Shown here: piece after piece, positions 8,841 to 17,173 of the stretch
Numbering within the stretch: the first letter of the stretch is position 1
How the letters are laid out: the number at the start of each line of letters is the position of its first letter
Origin: an uncultured delta proteobacterium
GTDB lineage: Bacteria; Myxococcota_A; Polyangia; Polyangiales; Ga0077539
NCBI GenBank assembly: GCA_903860995.1
Contig: CAIOSS010000681.1
Coordinates: 1-32,015, forward strand
Reading direction: 5' to 3'
DNA length: 32,015 nt
Translations under genes and position numbers: made by a program
The notes under the pieces: generated by a model
The model's input: the letters and a program-made list of their open reading frames with translations, nothing else
Told to the model about the DNA's origin: nothing
Database searches by the model: none

Positions 8841-10037
8841 TCAGCGCTCCGACGCCGCCGCGGCCTTCGTCGCGTGCGGGAGGCCTGGCATGCCGACGGA
8901 GGGCGCCCACCGGGACTTCAACCGCAGCACCGGCGACTCGAAGAAGCGAAACGTGAACGACGCCACCGCCAGCGTGGCGAGCACCCACGCCGGGACCAGC
9001 AGCTCGAGCCCTGCGCGCGGGATCGCGAGCGGGCGCAGCAGCGCTGCGAGCGCGGTGCCCACGAGCACGTGCCAGATGTACATGCCGTAGCTGACGCGGC
9101 CGATGTGGCGCACGAGCGGGCGCGCGCACACGCTGCGGAGGAGGCCCTGCGGGTCTGTCGCGACGACCACGAAGACGCCGCCGCAGAGGGCGATCACGGT
9201 GTACCCGAGGGCCGAGAAGACCGCCCCGCCGCGCGCGGGCTCCCAGATGCCGAAGGGGGTCGCGACGAAGACCGCGAAGGTCGCGAGGGCCACCGCCGAC
9301 CATCGGGCCGCGGCGGCGCGCACGCGCTCCCACGCCGGCGCGGAGGTCGCCTGCACCGCGAGCCAGGCGCCCAGCGCGAGCCCGTCGAGGCGAAACGGGG
9401 TGAGGAGGTAGACGCCGTTCTCGCCCGCGTACGGCAGCGCGACCCAGCGGAGCAGCGGCGAGAGCGCCACGATGGCGACGCAGAGTCGCTCCAGCCCGCG
9501 GGCAGACAGGCCGCGCGCCGCGAAGGGCCAGAGGAGATAGAAGTGCTCCTCGATGGCGATGCTCCAGAGGATCGCCGCCGCCATGCCGGGGTAGTGCCCG
9601 ATGGCCTCGGGCACGTTGCCGAGGAAGCACAGCACCCGGGGCACGTCGTCGTCGTGGAGGTTGATGAGGTGCGCCGTGAGGTGCCACGCGTCGCGGTGCG
9701 CCTGCAGCGTCAGCAGCAGACCCACGTAGAGGAAATACAGCGGCATGATGCGCAGCGCGCGGCGGATCCAGAACGCGCTCAGCCCCTCCGTGGCGCGACC
9801 CTTCAGGAGGGTCCCGGTGACGAGGAAGCCGCTCAGCACGAAGAAGAGGTCGACGCCCACCCAGGCGCCGCGGCTCCAGCGCTCGAGCGCGGTGACGTAG
9901 TCCATCGGCAGCAGCGCCGGGGCGTGGAAGACCATCACCAGCAGCACCGCGACGGCACGCAGCGCGTCGAGGCCGGGCAGGTCACCGATGCGGCCCTTCG
10001 AATCCAGCGCAGGGAGGGACGTCGGCTCGGCAGCCAT
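8841..10037 (-). CDS. Acyltransferase-3 (OafA/YrhL-like) membrane O-acyltransferase
   Basis: LDALRAVAVLLVM, GVDLFFVLSGFLVT, FWIRRALRIMPLY, WSIAIEEHFYLLWP and GRVSYGMYIWH. Confidence 0.93.
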   Translation of the reverse strand: MAAEPTSLPALDSKGRIGDLPGLDALRAVAVLLVMVFHAPALLPMDYVTALERWSRGAWVGVDLFFVLSGFLVTGTLLKGRATEGLSAFWIRRALRIMPLYFLYVGLLLTLQAHRDAWHLTAHLINLHDDDVPRVLCFLGNVPEAIGHYPGMAAAILWSIAIEEHFYLLWPFAARGLSARGLERLCVAIVALSPLLRWVALPYAGENGVYLLTPFRLDGLALGAWLAVQATSAPAWERVRAAAARWSAVALATFAVFVATPFGIWEPARGGAVFSALGYTVIALCGGVFVVVATDPQGLLRSVCARPLVRHIGRVSYGMYIWHVLVGTALAALLRPLAIPRAGLELLVPAWVLATLAVASFTFRFFESPVLRLKSRWAPSVGMPGLPHATKAAAASER

Positions 10038-10141
10038 CGAGGTCGGAGCGTAGTCGACGCGCCCGCGCGCCGAAAGGCGCGGCCGCCTTGAGAGAAATGT
10101 GAGCACTGTTCACTTTTCGGACGTGATTCACGAAGAGGTGG

Positions 10142-10240
10142 ACGGCGAAGGCGGCGGGCGGCGCGCGCACCCAGGCGCGGCGGCTCGACGAGATCACCAC
10201 CGCGGCGTCCGACATCGTGCGCGACGAGGGCATCGTCCCG
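10142..10240 (+). pseudogene. Possible N-terminal fragment of a TetR-family regulator
   Basis: ARTQARRLDEITTAASDIVRDEGI resembles TetR helix 1. The HTH does not follow. Confidence 0.25.
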
Positions 10241-10368
10241 GGACGCTCCCGCCAACGCCCGCGGGAGCGCGTACTGCAGATGACAGGCGATCCGGTAGCT
10301 GGAGCGGGTCCGTGCCGACACGGCTCTCGCAGCACTGCGCCGTCGCGTCGCCTGATCCCCCGGAAGGG

Positions 10369-10840
10369 TCAGCGCGTGCGGTCGTCCTGCCAGAGCAGCG
10401 TGCAGCTCGCCCGCGTGAAGTCGGTGCACCGCCCGTCGCCGCCGCCCGCGAAGCCGCCGTCGGGCGAGCAGATCAGCTCGCAGTCCGACGAGATCAGCGA
10501 GCTGAACTGATCGCAGCACTGCGGCGGGAGGTAGAAGACCGTCGCGCCGCGGTACGTGCACCGGTAGATCGAGCGGGGAGGGTTTCCCACGGGCTGACTC
10601 GCGGCGGTCGTGATGAGCGTCTGGACGCACGCGGGCGTCGCCGGGGGGGGCGTCGGCGGGCGTCGGCCGGTCCTCCGTGGCGGTGTCCGCCGTGGCGGTG
10701 TCCGCCGGAACGTCGGCGGCCCCGGCGTCGACGCAGCTCATGCGCCCACCCGAGTCGTTGGGGCACACCGCCACGGGGCCAACACCGCCGCCATCAGAGC
10801 AGGCGACGAACCCGACACCCAGCACGAAGAGCCACCGCAT
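10369..10840 (-). pseudogene. Lipoprotein with a small Cys-rich domain (DUF6970-like), frameshifted in a G8 run
   Basis: MRWLFVLGVGFVAC lipobox. A shift at G8 (10643-10650) joins it to TPACVQTLI..NPPRSIYRCTYRGATVFYLPPQCCDQFS...CSPDGGFAGGGDGRC. Confidence 0.7.
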
Positions 10841-10900
10841 CTGTCCACGCGACTCCCCTCCGCGGCGACGCGTCCTGTCGGCGGTCAGCGCCCCGCATCA

Positions 10901-10964
10901 GCGCTCGACGTCTTCGGCATGGAGCGCTGCTTCTTCGCGTCGAACTCCCCCAATGGACAAGGTC
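10901..10964 (+). pseudogene. Internal fragment of an amidohydrolase-2 family gene
   Basis: ALDVFGMERCFFASN(S)P-MDKV resembles the conserved FGxxRxxFxSNFP motif. Confidence 0.6.
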
Positions 10965-10965
10965 G

Positions 10966-11042
10966 GCGGTGGCGAGCGGCCGGGTGAGCGTGCTGCCCGA
11001 CGGCAACGTGGCGTACCGGGTGAAGTCGTCGCGCAGCGCGAG
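10966..11042 (+). mobile_element. Internal fragment of an IS91-family (Y2/HUH) transposase
   Basis: AVASGRVSVLPDGNVAYRVKSSRSAR resembles the segment after the catalytic Y..RP motif of IS91/ISCR transposases. It ends at repeat copy 3. Confidence 0.6.
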
Positions 11043-11169
11043 GCGCATAGGGCGTCCAATGGGGCACCCCCCGCCCGGCACGGATTCGCTCGGGTTTACA
11101 GAGAACCCATGATCAGCAGGACACCGTCCCGCGAGCGCTGCCAGAAGCGTCCCTGGACGCCGCCTTGGC
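11043..11169 (-). repeat. ~125-bp repeat copy 3
   Basis: GCGCATAGGGCGTCCAATGGGGCAC...CATGATCAGCAGGACACCGTC...GCCGCCTTGGC. Confidence 0.95.
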
Positions 11170-11734
11170 CACGGTGATCTTCGCCGTGTGCTCGATGATC
11201 TCCGTGCGCATCACGCCGGTCATCGGGTCGTCGCAAAGCACGACGCTGCCGTGCCGCGCCAGCATGAACGCCTCGCACCCCGTGGCCACCACCGCCGCCA
11301 CCGCGTCGGGCACGTCGGAGGTCGTCGGCGACGCGTACGGCACCGTCGGCACGCGGCCCATCGCGAAGAGAATCTCCGGCACCACCGGCGGGTCGAGCCC
11401 CCAGCCCGCCGCCGTGAGCCCCACCGCGGCCGGCGGGTGCGCGTGCACCCCGCACGCGAGCCCCGGCCGCTGCGCGTAGAGCGCGAGGTGCAGCTTCAGC
11501 TCCGTCGAGGCCTTAGCCCCCGCGGATGACCCGCCCGGCCAGGTCGAGCAGCACCAGGTCGCCCTCGCGGAGCATCCCCTGGTGCACGCCCGACGGCGTG
11601 CAGAGCAGCCGGCCGTCACCGACGCGCGCGGACAGGTTGCCGTCCGTGGGCCCGATCAGCCCGCGCTCATAGAGCACCCGCGCGGCGTCGCAGAGGGCCT
11701 TGCGCAACGCGGGCTCGGTGACGGGTGGGCGCAT
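11170..11734 (-). pseudogene. Class II aldolase/adducin family gene, frameshifted and 3'-truncated by repeat copy 3
   Basis: DGNLSAR, TPSG, STELKLH, VHAHPP and ARHG motifs. Frameshift at ~11517-11521. The frame runs into the repeat after EHTAKITVA. Confidence 0.85.
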
Positions 11735-11749
11735 CGCGCGGCACCTCGA

Positions 11750-13717
11750 TCACAACTCCGTGGCGGCCTCGGTGTCGGCGCCAGACCCGCCCCGCAGGCG
11801 CATCGCGAGCACCAGGATGACCACCATGAGCCCGCCCTGCAGGTCGCTCACATACTCCGGCAGCGCGACGCCCGCGGCGGCCCCCGCGAGGCTCAGCACC
11901 ACCCAACCGAGCATCGCGCGGTGCACCATCATCGCGCCCACCGCGGATGACACCGCCGTCAGCAGCATGTCGTTGACGAGCACCGCGTGCACCGGCGTCT
12001 CGAGCTGCGCCGCGAACACCCGGTTGACCAGCGAGGCCACCGCGATGGCCACGAAGGCCCCGACCACCCGGTGCCCGATGCTGTTCTGGAGCAGCCGGCG
12101 GCGGGCCAGCACGATCATCGCGGTGAGCACCGCCACCACGATGCCCTCGTACAAGATCAGGTCGTCGTGCGTGAGCTGGCCCGGACCGCCCGGCTGCAGG
12201 TGCGGCACCGCGGCCAGCACCGCGCCGAACACCAGCACCACTGAGAAGAAGGCGGTGCGCGAGCCCGCGCCGACGGCGAGGTCCTGGTCGCGCTCGAGCT
12301 GACGCAGGCGGTCCTGCGCCGCGCGGCGCGCCTCGAGCCGGGTGCCGAGGGCGTCGAGCTTCGCCGCCAGGTCGGGCCGGTCGCCGCCGATCTCCGCCAG
12401 CGTCGTGCGCGCGGCGTCCTCGCTCTCGTTCCGTAGATTCACCTCGAACATGCGCTCGAGGCAGACGCCCATGCCCGCCCGCGCGTCCGGGTTGTCGGGC
12501 CACTCGCGCAGCGCCTGCGCGAACCCGAACCGACACTCTGTCAGCAGCGTGTGCAGGCGCCGCCGATCGTCCGGCGTCTCCGCGGCGGCGAGCGGCCCCA
12601 GGGCCTCCGCCAGGCGGGCCGCGGCGGTCGCGCCCAGGGCCGTCGACGCGCGGTGCCGGAGGTAGTCGGTCACCGCCTGGCGAAACGCCAGCACCGTCGG
12701 GTACCGCTCCGACGGGTTCGCCCGCGTGGCCCGGTTGCAGATCGTCGCGAGCTCCGTCGGGACGTCGTCGCCGTAGACGTACGGCTCCGAGCGCAGCGCC
12801 GCGACCACGACCAGCGAGAGCGTCGCGCCGCTGTGCCGCGGCACTCCGGTGACCACGCAGTGCAGCGTCGCGCCGAGGAGGTAGACGTCCGAGCGGGCGT
12901 CCATGGAGTCGGCGCCGTCGCCGATCATCTCCGGCGCGAGGTAGCCGGGGGTGCCCGCCACCGCGGCGCCCTGCGTCCGCGCGCAGCCGTCGGGCCCGGT
13001 GCGCAGCGCGATGCCCCAGTCGCAGAGGTACACCTCCCCGTACTCGCCGATCATCACGTTCTCGGGCTTGATGTCCCGGTGCAGCACGCCGTGGCGGTGC
13101 GCGAAGTGCACGGCGTTGCAGACCTGCACCAGCACCTCGAGGTGCGCCACGAGGCGGTCGTCCGAGAAGGTCTCGAGGCGCGACCAGTACGGGTGCGCCG
13201 CGTCGCGCACGAGGTCGTACCAGGCCACCCCGACCACCCGCTTCATCACCAGCACCGGGAGCCCGTCCGGGCCGACGCCCAGCGCGTGCACCGGGACGAT
13301 GTTCGGGTGCTCGAGCGAGCCCATCAGCACCGCCTCGCCCATCAGCGCGTTGGCGGCGACGAGCCCGCCGTCGGGCCGCGCGATCTTCACCGCGACGTCG
13401 CGCTCGAGCGACTGCTGCCAGGCGCGATGTACGGTCCCCATGCCGCCCTTGCCGAGCACGCCGAGCAGCACGATGTCGGGGTCGGAGTCGAGCGCCGCAT
13501 CGACCGGTCGAGGGACCACGGAGAGCATCGGGAGCCGTTGGCCGCTCGGCGACGCCGGCGCGGTCTCCGACGAGGACGCCGGCGCGGGGGCCATCGACAC
13601 GAAGCGCCGCGTCGCGCTGTGGGCGTCGAAGGGCGCGTCGGCGAGGCCCAGCGCGCGCAGAGACTCTTGCAGCCCGCCCGCGTGAACCGAACCGCCGTCA
13701 CCAGACCCTTCGTGCAT
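11750..13717 (-). CDS. Hanks-type Ser/Thr protein kinase with C-terminal membrane helices
   Basis: LGKGGMG, VAVK, HPNIVPVH, HRDIKPEN, DWG, GTPGYLAPE and SDVYLLG, followed by several hydrophobic helices. Start approximate. Confidence 0.93.
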   Translation of the reverse strand: MHEGSGDGGSVHAGGLQESLRALGLADAPFDAHSATRRFVSMAPAPASSSETAPASPSGQRLPMLSVVPRPVDAALDSDPDIVLLGVLGKGGMGTVHRAWQQSLERDVAVKIARPDGGLVAANALMGEAVLMGSLEHPNIVPVHALGVGPDGLPVLVMKRVVGVAWYDLVRDAAHPYWSRLETFSDDRLVAHLEVLVQVCNAVHFAHRHGVLHRDIKPENVMIGEYGEVYLCDWGIALRTGPDGCARTQGAAVAGTPGYLAPEMIGDGADSMDARSDVYLLGATLHCVVTGVPRHSGATLSLVVVAALRSEPYVYGDDVPTELATICNRATRANPSERYPTVLAFRQAVTDYLRHRASTALGATAAARLAEALGPLAAAETPDDRRRLHTLLTECRFGFAQALREWPDNPDARAGMGVCLERMFEVNLRNESEDAARTTLAEIGGDRPDLAAKLDALGTRLEARRAAQDRLRQLERDQDLAVGAGSRTAFFSVVLVFGAVLAAVPHLQPGGPGQLTHDDLILYEGIVVAVLTAMIVLARRRLLQNSIGHRVVGAFVAIAVASLVNRVFAAQLETPVHAVLVNDMLLTAVSSAVGAMMVHRAMLGWVVLSLAGAAAGVALPEYVSDLQGGLMVVILVLAMRLRGGSGADTEAATEL

Positions 13718-13882
13718 CGCCGTCCGCGTGAATGTCGCACGGCGACGCCCGCCGTGTCGCCTGTGCGCGCACCTCGTCCGGAAGGACGTCCGGCGCGCGC
13801 GGGCGTTGCGTGGGCGCGAGGCCGTCGCCCATGGTGGGGAAGGTCGCGGGCTCATGGCCCGACGCGAAAGGTACGATCGCTG

Positions 13883-14077
13883 ATGGCGCGCGAAGACCGC
13901 GTACGGTTCCCAGGGCGAACCCTGTTTCTCACCGAAGACCCGTCGCTGCTGGCGCAACAGCTCCAGGGGGTCGACCTCGCGTGGGACCCGGCGCGCCCGC
14001 TCGTCGACAACATCTCCACCGACGAGATCACCCCCGGGTGGGTCTGCTACCACTACGATGAGACCCTCGCGGAGTAG
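13883..14077 (+). pseudogene. N-terminal fragment of an aconitase/isopropylmalate dehydratase-like gene, cut by repeat copy 4
   Basis: MAREDRVRFPGRTLFLTEDP...DNISTDEITPGWVCYHYDETLAE carries the swivel-domain DNISTDxIxP motif. The stop coincides with the repeat edge. Confidence 0.8.
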
Positions 14078-14201
14078 CGCATAGGGCGTTCAATGGGGCA
14101 CCCCCGCCCGGCACGGATTCGCTCGGGTTTACAGAGAACCCATGATCAGCAGGACACCGTCTCGCGAGCGCTGCCAAGAGCTCCCGGGACGCCGCCTTGG
14201 C
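14077..14201 (-). repeat. ~125-bp repeat copy 4
   Basis: GCGCATAGGGCGTTCAATGGGGCAC...CATGATCAGCAGGACACCGTC...GCCGCCTTGGC. Confidence 0.95.
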
Positions 14202-14388
14202 GATCCAGACGGCGGTGGGGTTCGTGGGCACCGTCGACTCGCGCACGACCATCACGCCGCGCTTCGCGTCGACCACGCCGGGCGCCGCGGAGACCCGCCG
14301 CGTCGCGCAGAACTGGGTCGATCAGGCGCTGAAGTCATCCGTGTTCCTGCCGACGGTCTCGCTGTCGCTGGGGTACCGGCTCTTCTGA
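14202..14388 (+). pseudogene. C-terminal fragment of a probable outer-membrane beta-barrel protein
   Basis: IQTAVGFVGTVDSRT...FLPTVSLSLGYRLF-stop has a terminal beta-signal pattern. It begins at the repeat edge with no signal peptide. Confidence 0.6.
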
Positions 14389-14465
14389 CGGGCGTCTGGC
14401 CGGGTGAAGCCGCTTGCGCGCGGCGCCGAGTCGATGTCAGCAGTCAGTGCCTCCCACCCCGTTAG

Positions 14466-15254
14466 ATGCCCTGCAAGATCTGCCGCGCGCCCGCGGACTA
14501 CTTCGACGCCGTCGACTTCGCCAAGAACTGCTGCGAGCTCGCGGGGGTCGTGCTGCCCCGCACCGGTCGTACGGTCACGTACCTTCGGTGCGGCGCGTGC
14601 GGGTTCATCTTCACCACGTACTGCGACGCCTTCACCCCCGTGGACTTCGCGCGCGAGATCTACAACGACGACTACGCGCGGGTCGACCCGCTGTACCGGT
14701 CGATCCGCCCGGCGGCCAACGCGCGCCTGCTGCGCGAGGTACTCGCCGACGCGTGGGGCCTCGCCGCGCCGCCGCGCCTGCTCGACTACGGCGCGGGCGC
14801 CGGCGTGATCGCCGGTCTGCTCGGCGACCGCGCCGTGGTGCGCAGCTACGACCCGTTCTCCGCGGAGCACGCGGCGCGGCCCGAGGCGCGCTCGGAGATC
14901 GTGTTCTCCGCCGAGGTCATCGAGCACGTCACGGACCCCCTCGCGACGCTCGGCGCGATGCGCGACCTGCTCGCGCCCGGCGGCATGATTCTCTTCTCGA
15001 CGATGATGGCGCCCGCCGACGTCGCCGTGGTGCGCGCGGCATGGTGGTACATCAGCCCCCGCAACGGGCACGTCAGCATCTACACGCACCGCGCGCTCGA
15101 GGTCGCCTGCGCGCAGACCGCGCTCCGCTACACCCCGCTCAGCGTCGAGTGGCACCTCGCCGAGCACCGCGACGCGCCGTGCGCCGTGCTCGACCGCGCC
15201 GCGCTCGGCGCCATCGTCGCGCGCCTGCCCACGGGCTTCGTCGTCGTCGAGTGA
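14466..15254 (+). CDS. Class I SAM-dependent methyltransferase with N-terminal Cys (Zn-ribbon-like) motifs
   Basis: CKIC and CGACG, LLDYGAGAG, EVIEHVTDP, LAPGG and WWYISPRNGHVSIY. Confidence 0.9.
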   Translation: MPCKICRAPADYFDAVDFAKNCCELAGVVLPRTGRTVTYLRCGACGFIFTTYCDAFTPVDFAREIYNDDYARVDPLYRSIRPAANARLLREVLADAWGLAAPPRLLDYGAGAGVIAGLLGDRAVVRSYDPFSAEHAARPEARSEIVFSAEVIEHVTDPLATLGAMRDLLAPGGMILFSTMMAPADVAVVRAAWWYISPRNGHVSIYTHRALEVACAQTALRYTPLSVEWHLAEHRDAPCAVLDRAALGAIVARLPTGFVVVE

Positions 15255-15584
15255 AGGGCGGGCGAGACGGTGCAGTTTCGGCCGCGAGGCCACAGCATGG
15301 TCGGCGAGATCTCGAGCGGCGACCTCTGCACGGTGGCGGTGCTCGCGGCGGGCGACATCGTCCTGTGCCGCGTGCACGGCAACCAGTACCTGCACCTGGT
15401 GAAGGCGATCCAGGGCGAGCGCTTCCAGATAGGCAACAACCGCGGCGGCATCAACGGCTGGATCACCCGTCGACAGATCTTCGGTCGCCTGCTCGCGGTC
15501 GAGCCGGGACGCGCGCGCGCCGGCTCGCCATCGCGCCTCGCGGCACACCGCGAGGCCTCGGGCGCTTCGCCAAGGCGCGGTTGA
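15255..15584 (+). pseudogene. S24/S26 peptidase-like small protein, probably 5'-truncated
   Basis: RAGETVQFRPRGHSM...GDIVLCRV...YLHLV...IGNN. The frame starts directly after the methyltransferase stop with no clear native N-terminus. Confidence 0.55.
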
Positions 15585-15697
15585 ACGAAGCCGCGGAGCC
15601 TCCGGGCGGCCGGCAGTCGTCGATGTGGGAAGAGGGTTGGCCATCGATCCACGGCTGCACCCGCCGCGGGGCAGTCGATGGCGGCCCCCACGGGCCG

Positions 15698-15990
15698 CTA
15701 CCCGAGGCGCTTACCCTCCTCGGTATTCAGCAGGTCCAGCGGGCTGCGCAGCGTCGCGCGACGCGCCTCGGAGAGGTGCGTGTAGCGGGCCGTGCTCTGG
15801 AGCGACCGATGCCCCAACAGGATCTGCACGGTGCGCAGGTCGGTGCCGATCTCCAGCAGATGGGTCGCGAACGCGTGACGCGGGAGGTGGGGATAGACGC
15901 GGAGCTTGAGGCCCGCGCGCTCGACCGCCGCCCGCAGGGAGAGCTTCACCGCCGCGCGCGTCAGCGCATTGCCCCGGGCCGGAACATAGA
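15698..15990 (-). pseudogene. C-terminal remnant of a tyrosine recombinase/integrase
   Basis: [13 protein letters not shown] (HxxR), LLGH, TARYTH (catalytic Tyr) and SPLDLL. The N-terminal part with the first Arg box is missing. Confidence 0.9.
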
Positions 15991-16210
15991 GACTGGCGAA
16001 CAGCAACTTCCCCTTCGGACGACTCTCTCGCCAGTAGGTGCGGAGCGACTACCTTGTCTGCGATTTTCGCCCTGCTACTCGTCATCGGGAGTTCCCGACC
16101 CATCGTGGGAGGAGTTCGCTTGCACCGGGCGATGGGTCACCGTAGGCACAGAGGGTGTTGTGCTGCCCTGAGGGGTCACATCCCTTCGTTTTATCGGAGG
16201 CTAAGGCGCG

Positions 16211-17173
16211 TTGAACTTCTGGCTCGAGCAGAGCGGCCATCGCATTTTCGTCAGCCCTGTGGGCGTGCTCGTCGGCCGCGATGCGTGTTGCGACGTGGTG
16301 CTGTTGGCGCCGCAGATCAGCCGACGGCACGCGCTCCTTCGTGCGACCGACGACGGCCTCGAGATGTTGACCTTCGGACGACACCCGACGCGACTCAACG
16401 GTGACCCCTGCGCTCCCTCGGTCTGGGTGCAGTTCGGCGACGAGATCGACTTCTGCGGACAGGTGTTCAGGGTGGTGCCTGGCGCCGCTCCGAGAGGTTC
16501 AGAGCCCGATCTTTCCTGGGGCATCGAGCGCTGCGCGGGGGTGCTGTTTCCCCTTTCCGAGCAGACTGTTCGCGTCGGCGGATCGGCGAGCGACGACCTC
16601 GTCATCGTCGGCTGGGAGCCCTCGGTGTTTCTCATCCATCGGGTGGCCAACGGCGTCGTGCTCGAGGCCATGAGGGATGGCATCGTCCGCGGGGTACCAC
16701 TGCCCGCCGGGGAGTGCGTGACGCTCGCTTCCGGCGATCGCATCGCATACATGGGGCAATCCCTCAAGGTCATCGCGCTTCCACGCGATCCGACCACGAT
16801 CACCGAAACGATGCTCGGCGCTGACCTCGCCACGGGCGTCGAGCTGTTGTTTCTCCCCATCGGCGGGCGGCTCACCGTGCGCTACGGGTCGCGCGTGTGT
16901 GCGGTGTACCTGCCCGAGCGCCGCTGTGACCTCATCGCGTCGCTCCTGCGTCCGGGGACTAACCTCGCGTGCGGCGATCCGATCCCCGTGGCAGTGCTCG
17001 TCGAGCGCATCTGGCCGGGCGGCAACCAGACCCGCATTGACCTCAACACACTGATCTTTCGTACCCGAAAAGACCTCTTGAGGAGCGAGATCGACGGAGC
17101 CACGCTCATCGAGCGAACGGGCGGTGGCGTGCGCCTTCGACTCGCCGCGGGCGCTCCCGTGGACATCGTGTAG
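16211..17173 (+). CDS. FHA-domain protein with a probable C-terminal winged-helix domain
   Basis: VGRDACCDVVL...ISRRHA...TRLNG (FHA), a degenerate second FHA, and ERIWPGG...LNTLIFRTRKDL. GGAGG precedes the TTG start. Confidence 0.8.
   Translation: MNFWLEQSGHRIFVSPVGVLVGRDACCDVVLLAPQISRRHALLRATDDGLEMLTFGRHPTRLNGDPCAPSVWVQFGDEIDFCGQVFRVVPGAAPRGSEPDLSWGIERCAGVLFPLSEQTVRVGGSASDDLVIVGWEPSVFLIHRVANGVVLEAMRDGIVRGVPLPAGECVTLASGDRIAYMGQSLKVIALPRDPTTITETMLGADLATGVELLFLPIGGRLTVRYGSRVCAVYLPERRCDLIASLLRPGTNLACGDPIPVAVLVERIWPGGNQTRIDLNTLIFRTRKDLLRSEIDGATLIERTGGGVRLRLAAGAPVDIV

Noticed and set aside
11040-11068. Chromosomal dif (XerCD) site
   Set aside because: GCGCATAG resembles part of the XerC arm, but the conserved XerD arm TTATGTTAAAT is absent.
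2887-14201. CRISPR array interpretation of the four repeats
   Set aside because: Repeats are ~125 bp with 3-4 kb intervals, and there are no cas genes in the window.
14142-14201. Repeat-encoded peptide MISRTPSRER or repeat-supplied start codon for captured fragments
   Set aside because: The ATG is out of frame with the downstream fragments in copies 2 and 4, and indels between copies break the frame.
14389-14467. Integron attC/cassette interpretation (GTTAGAT matches GTTRRRY just before the methyltransferase ATG; integrase remnant nearby)
   Set aside because: No matching RYYYAAC or attC palindrome upstream. The repeats lack attC boxes and cut through genes instead of flanking whole ORFs.
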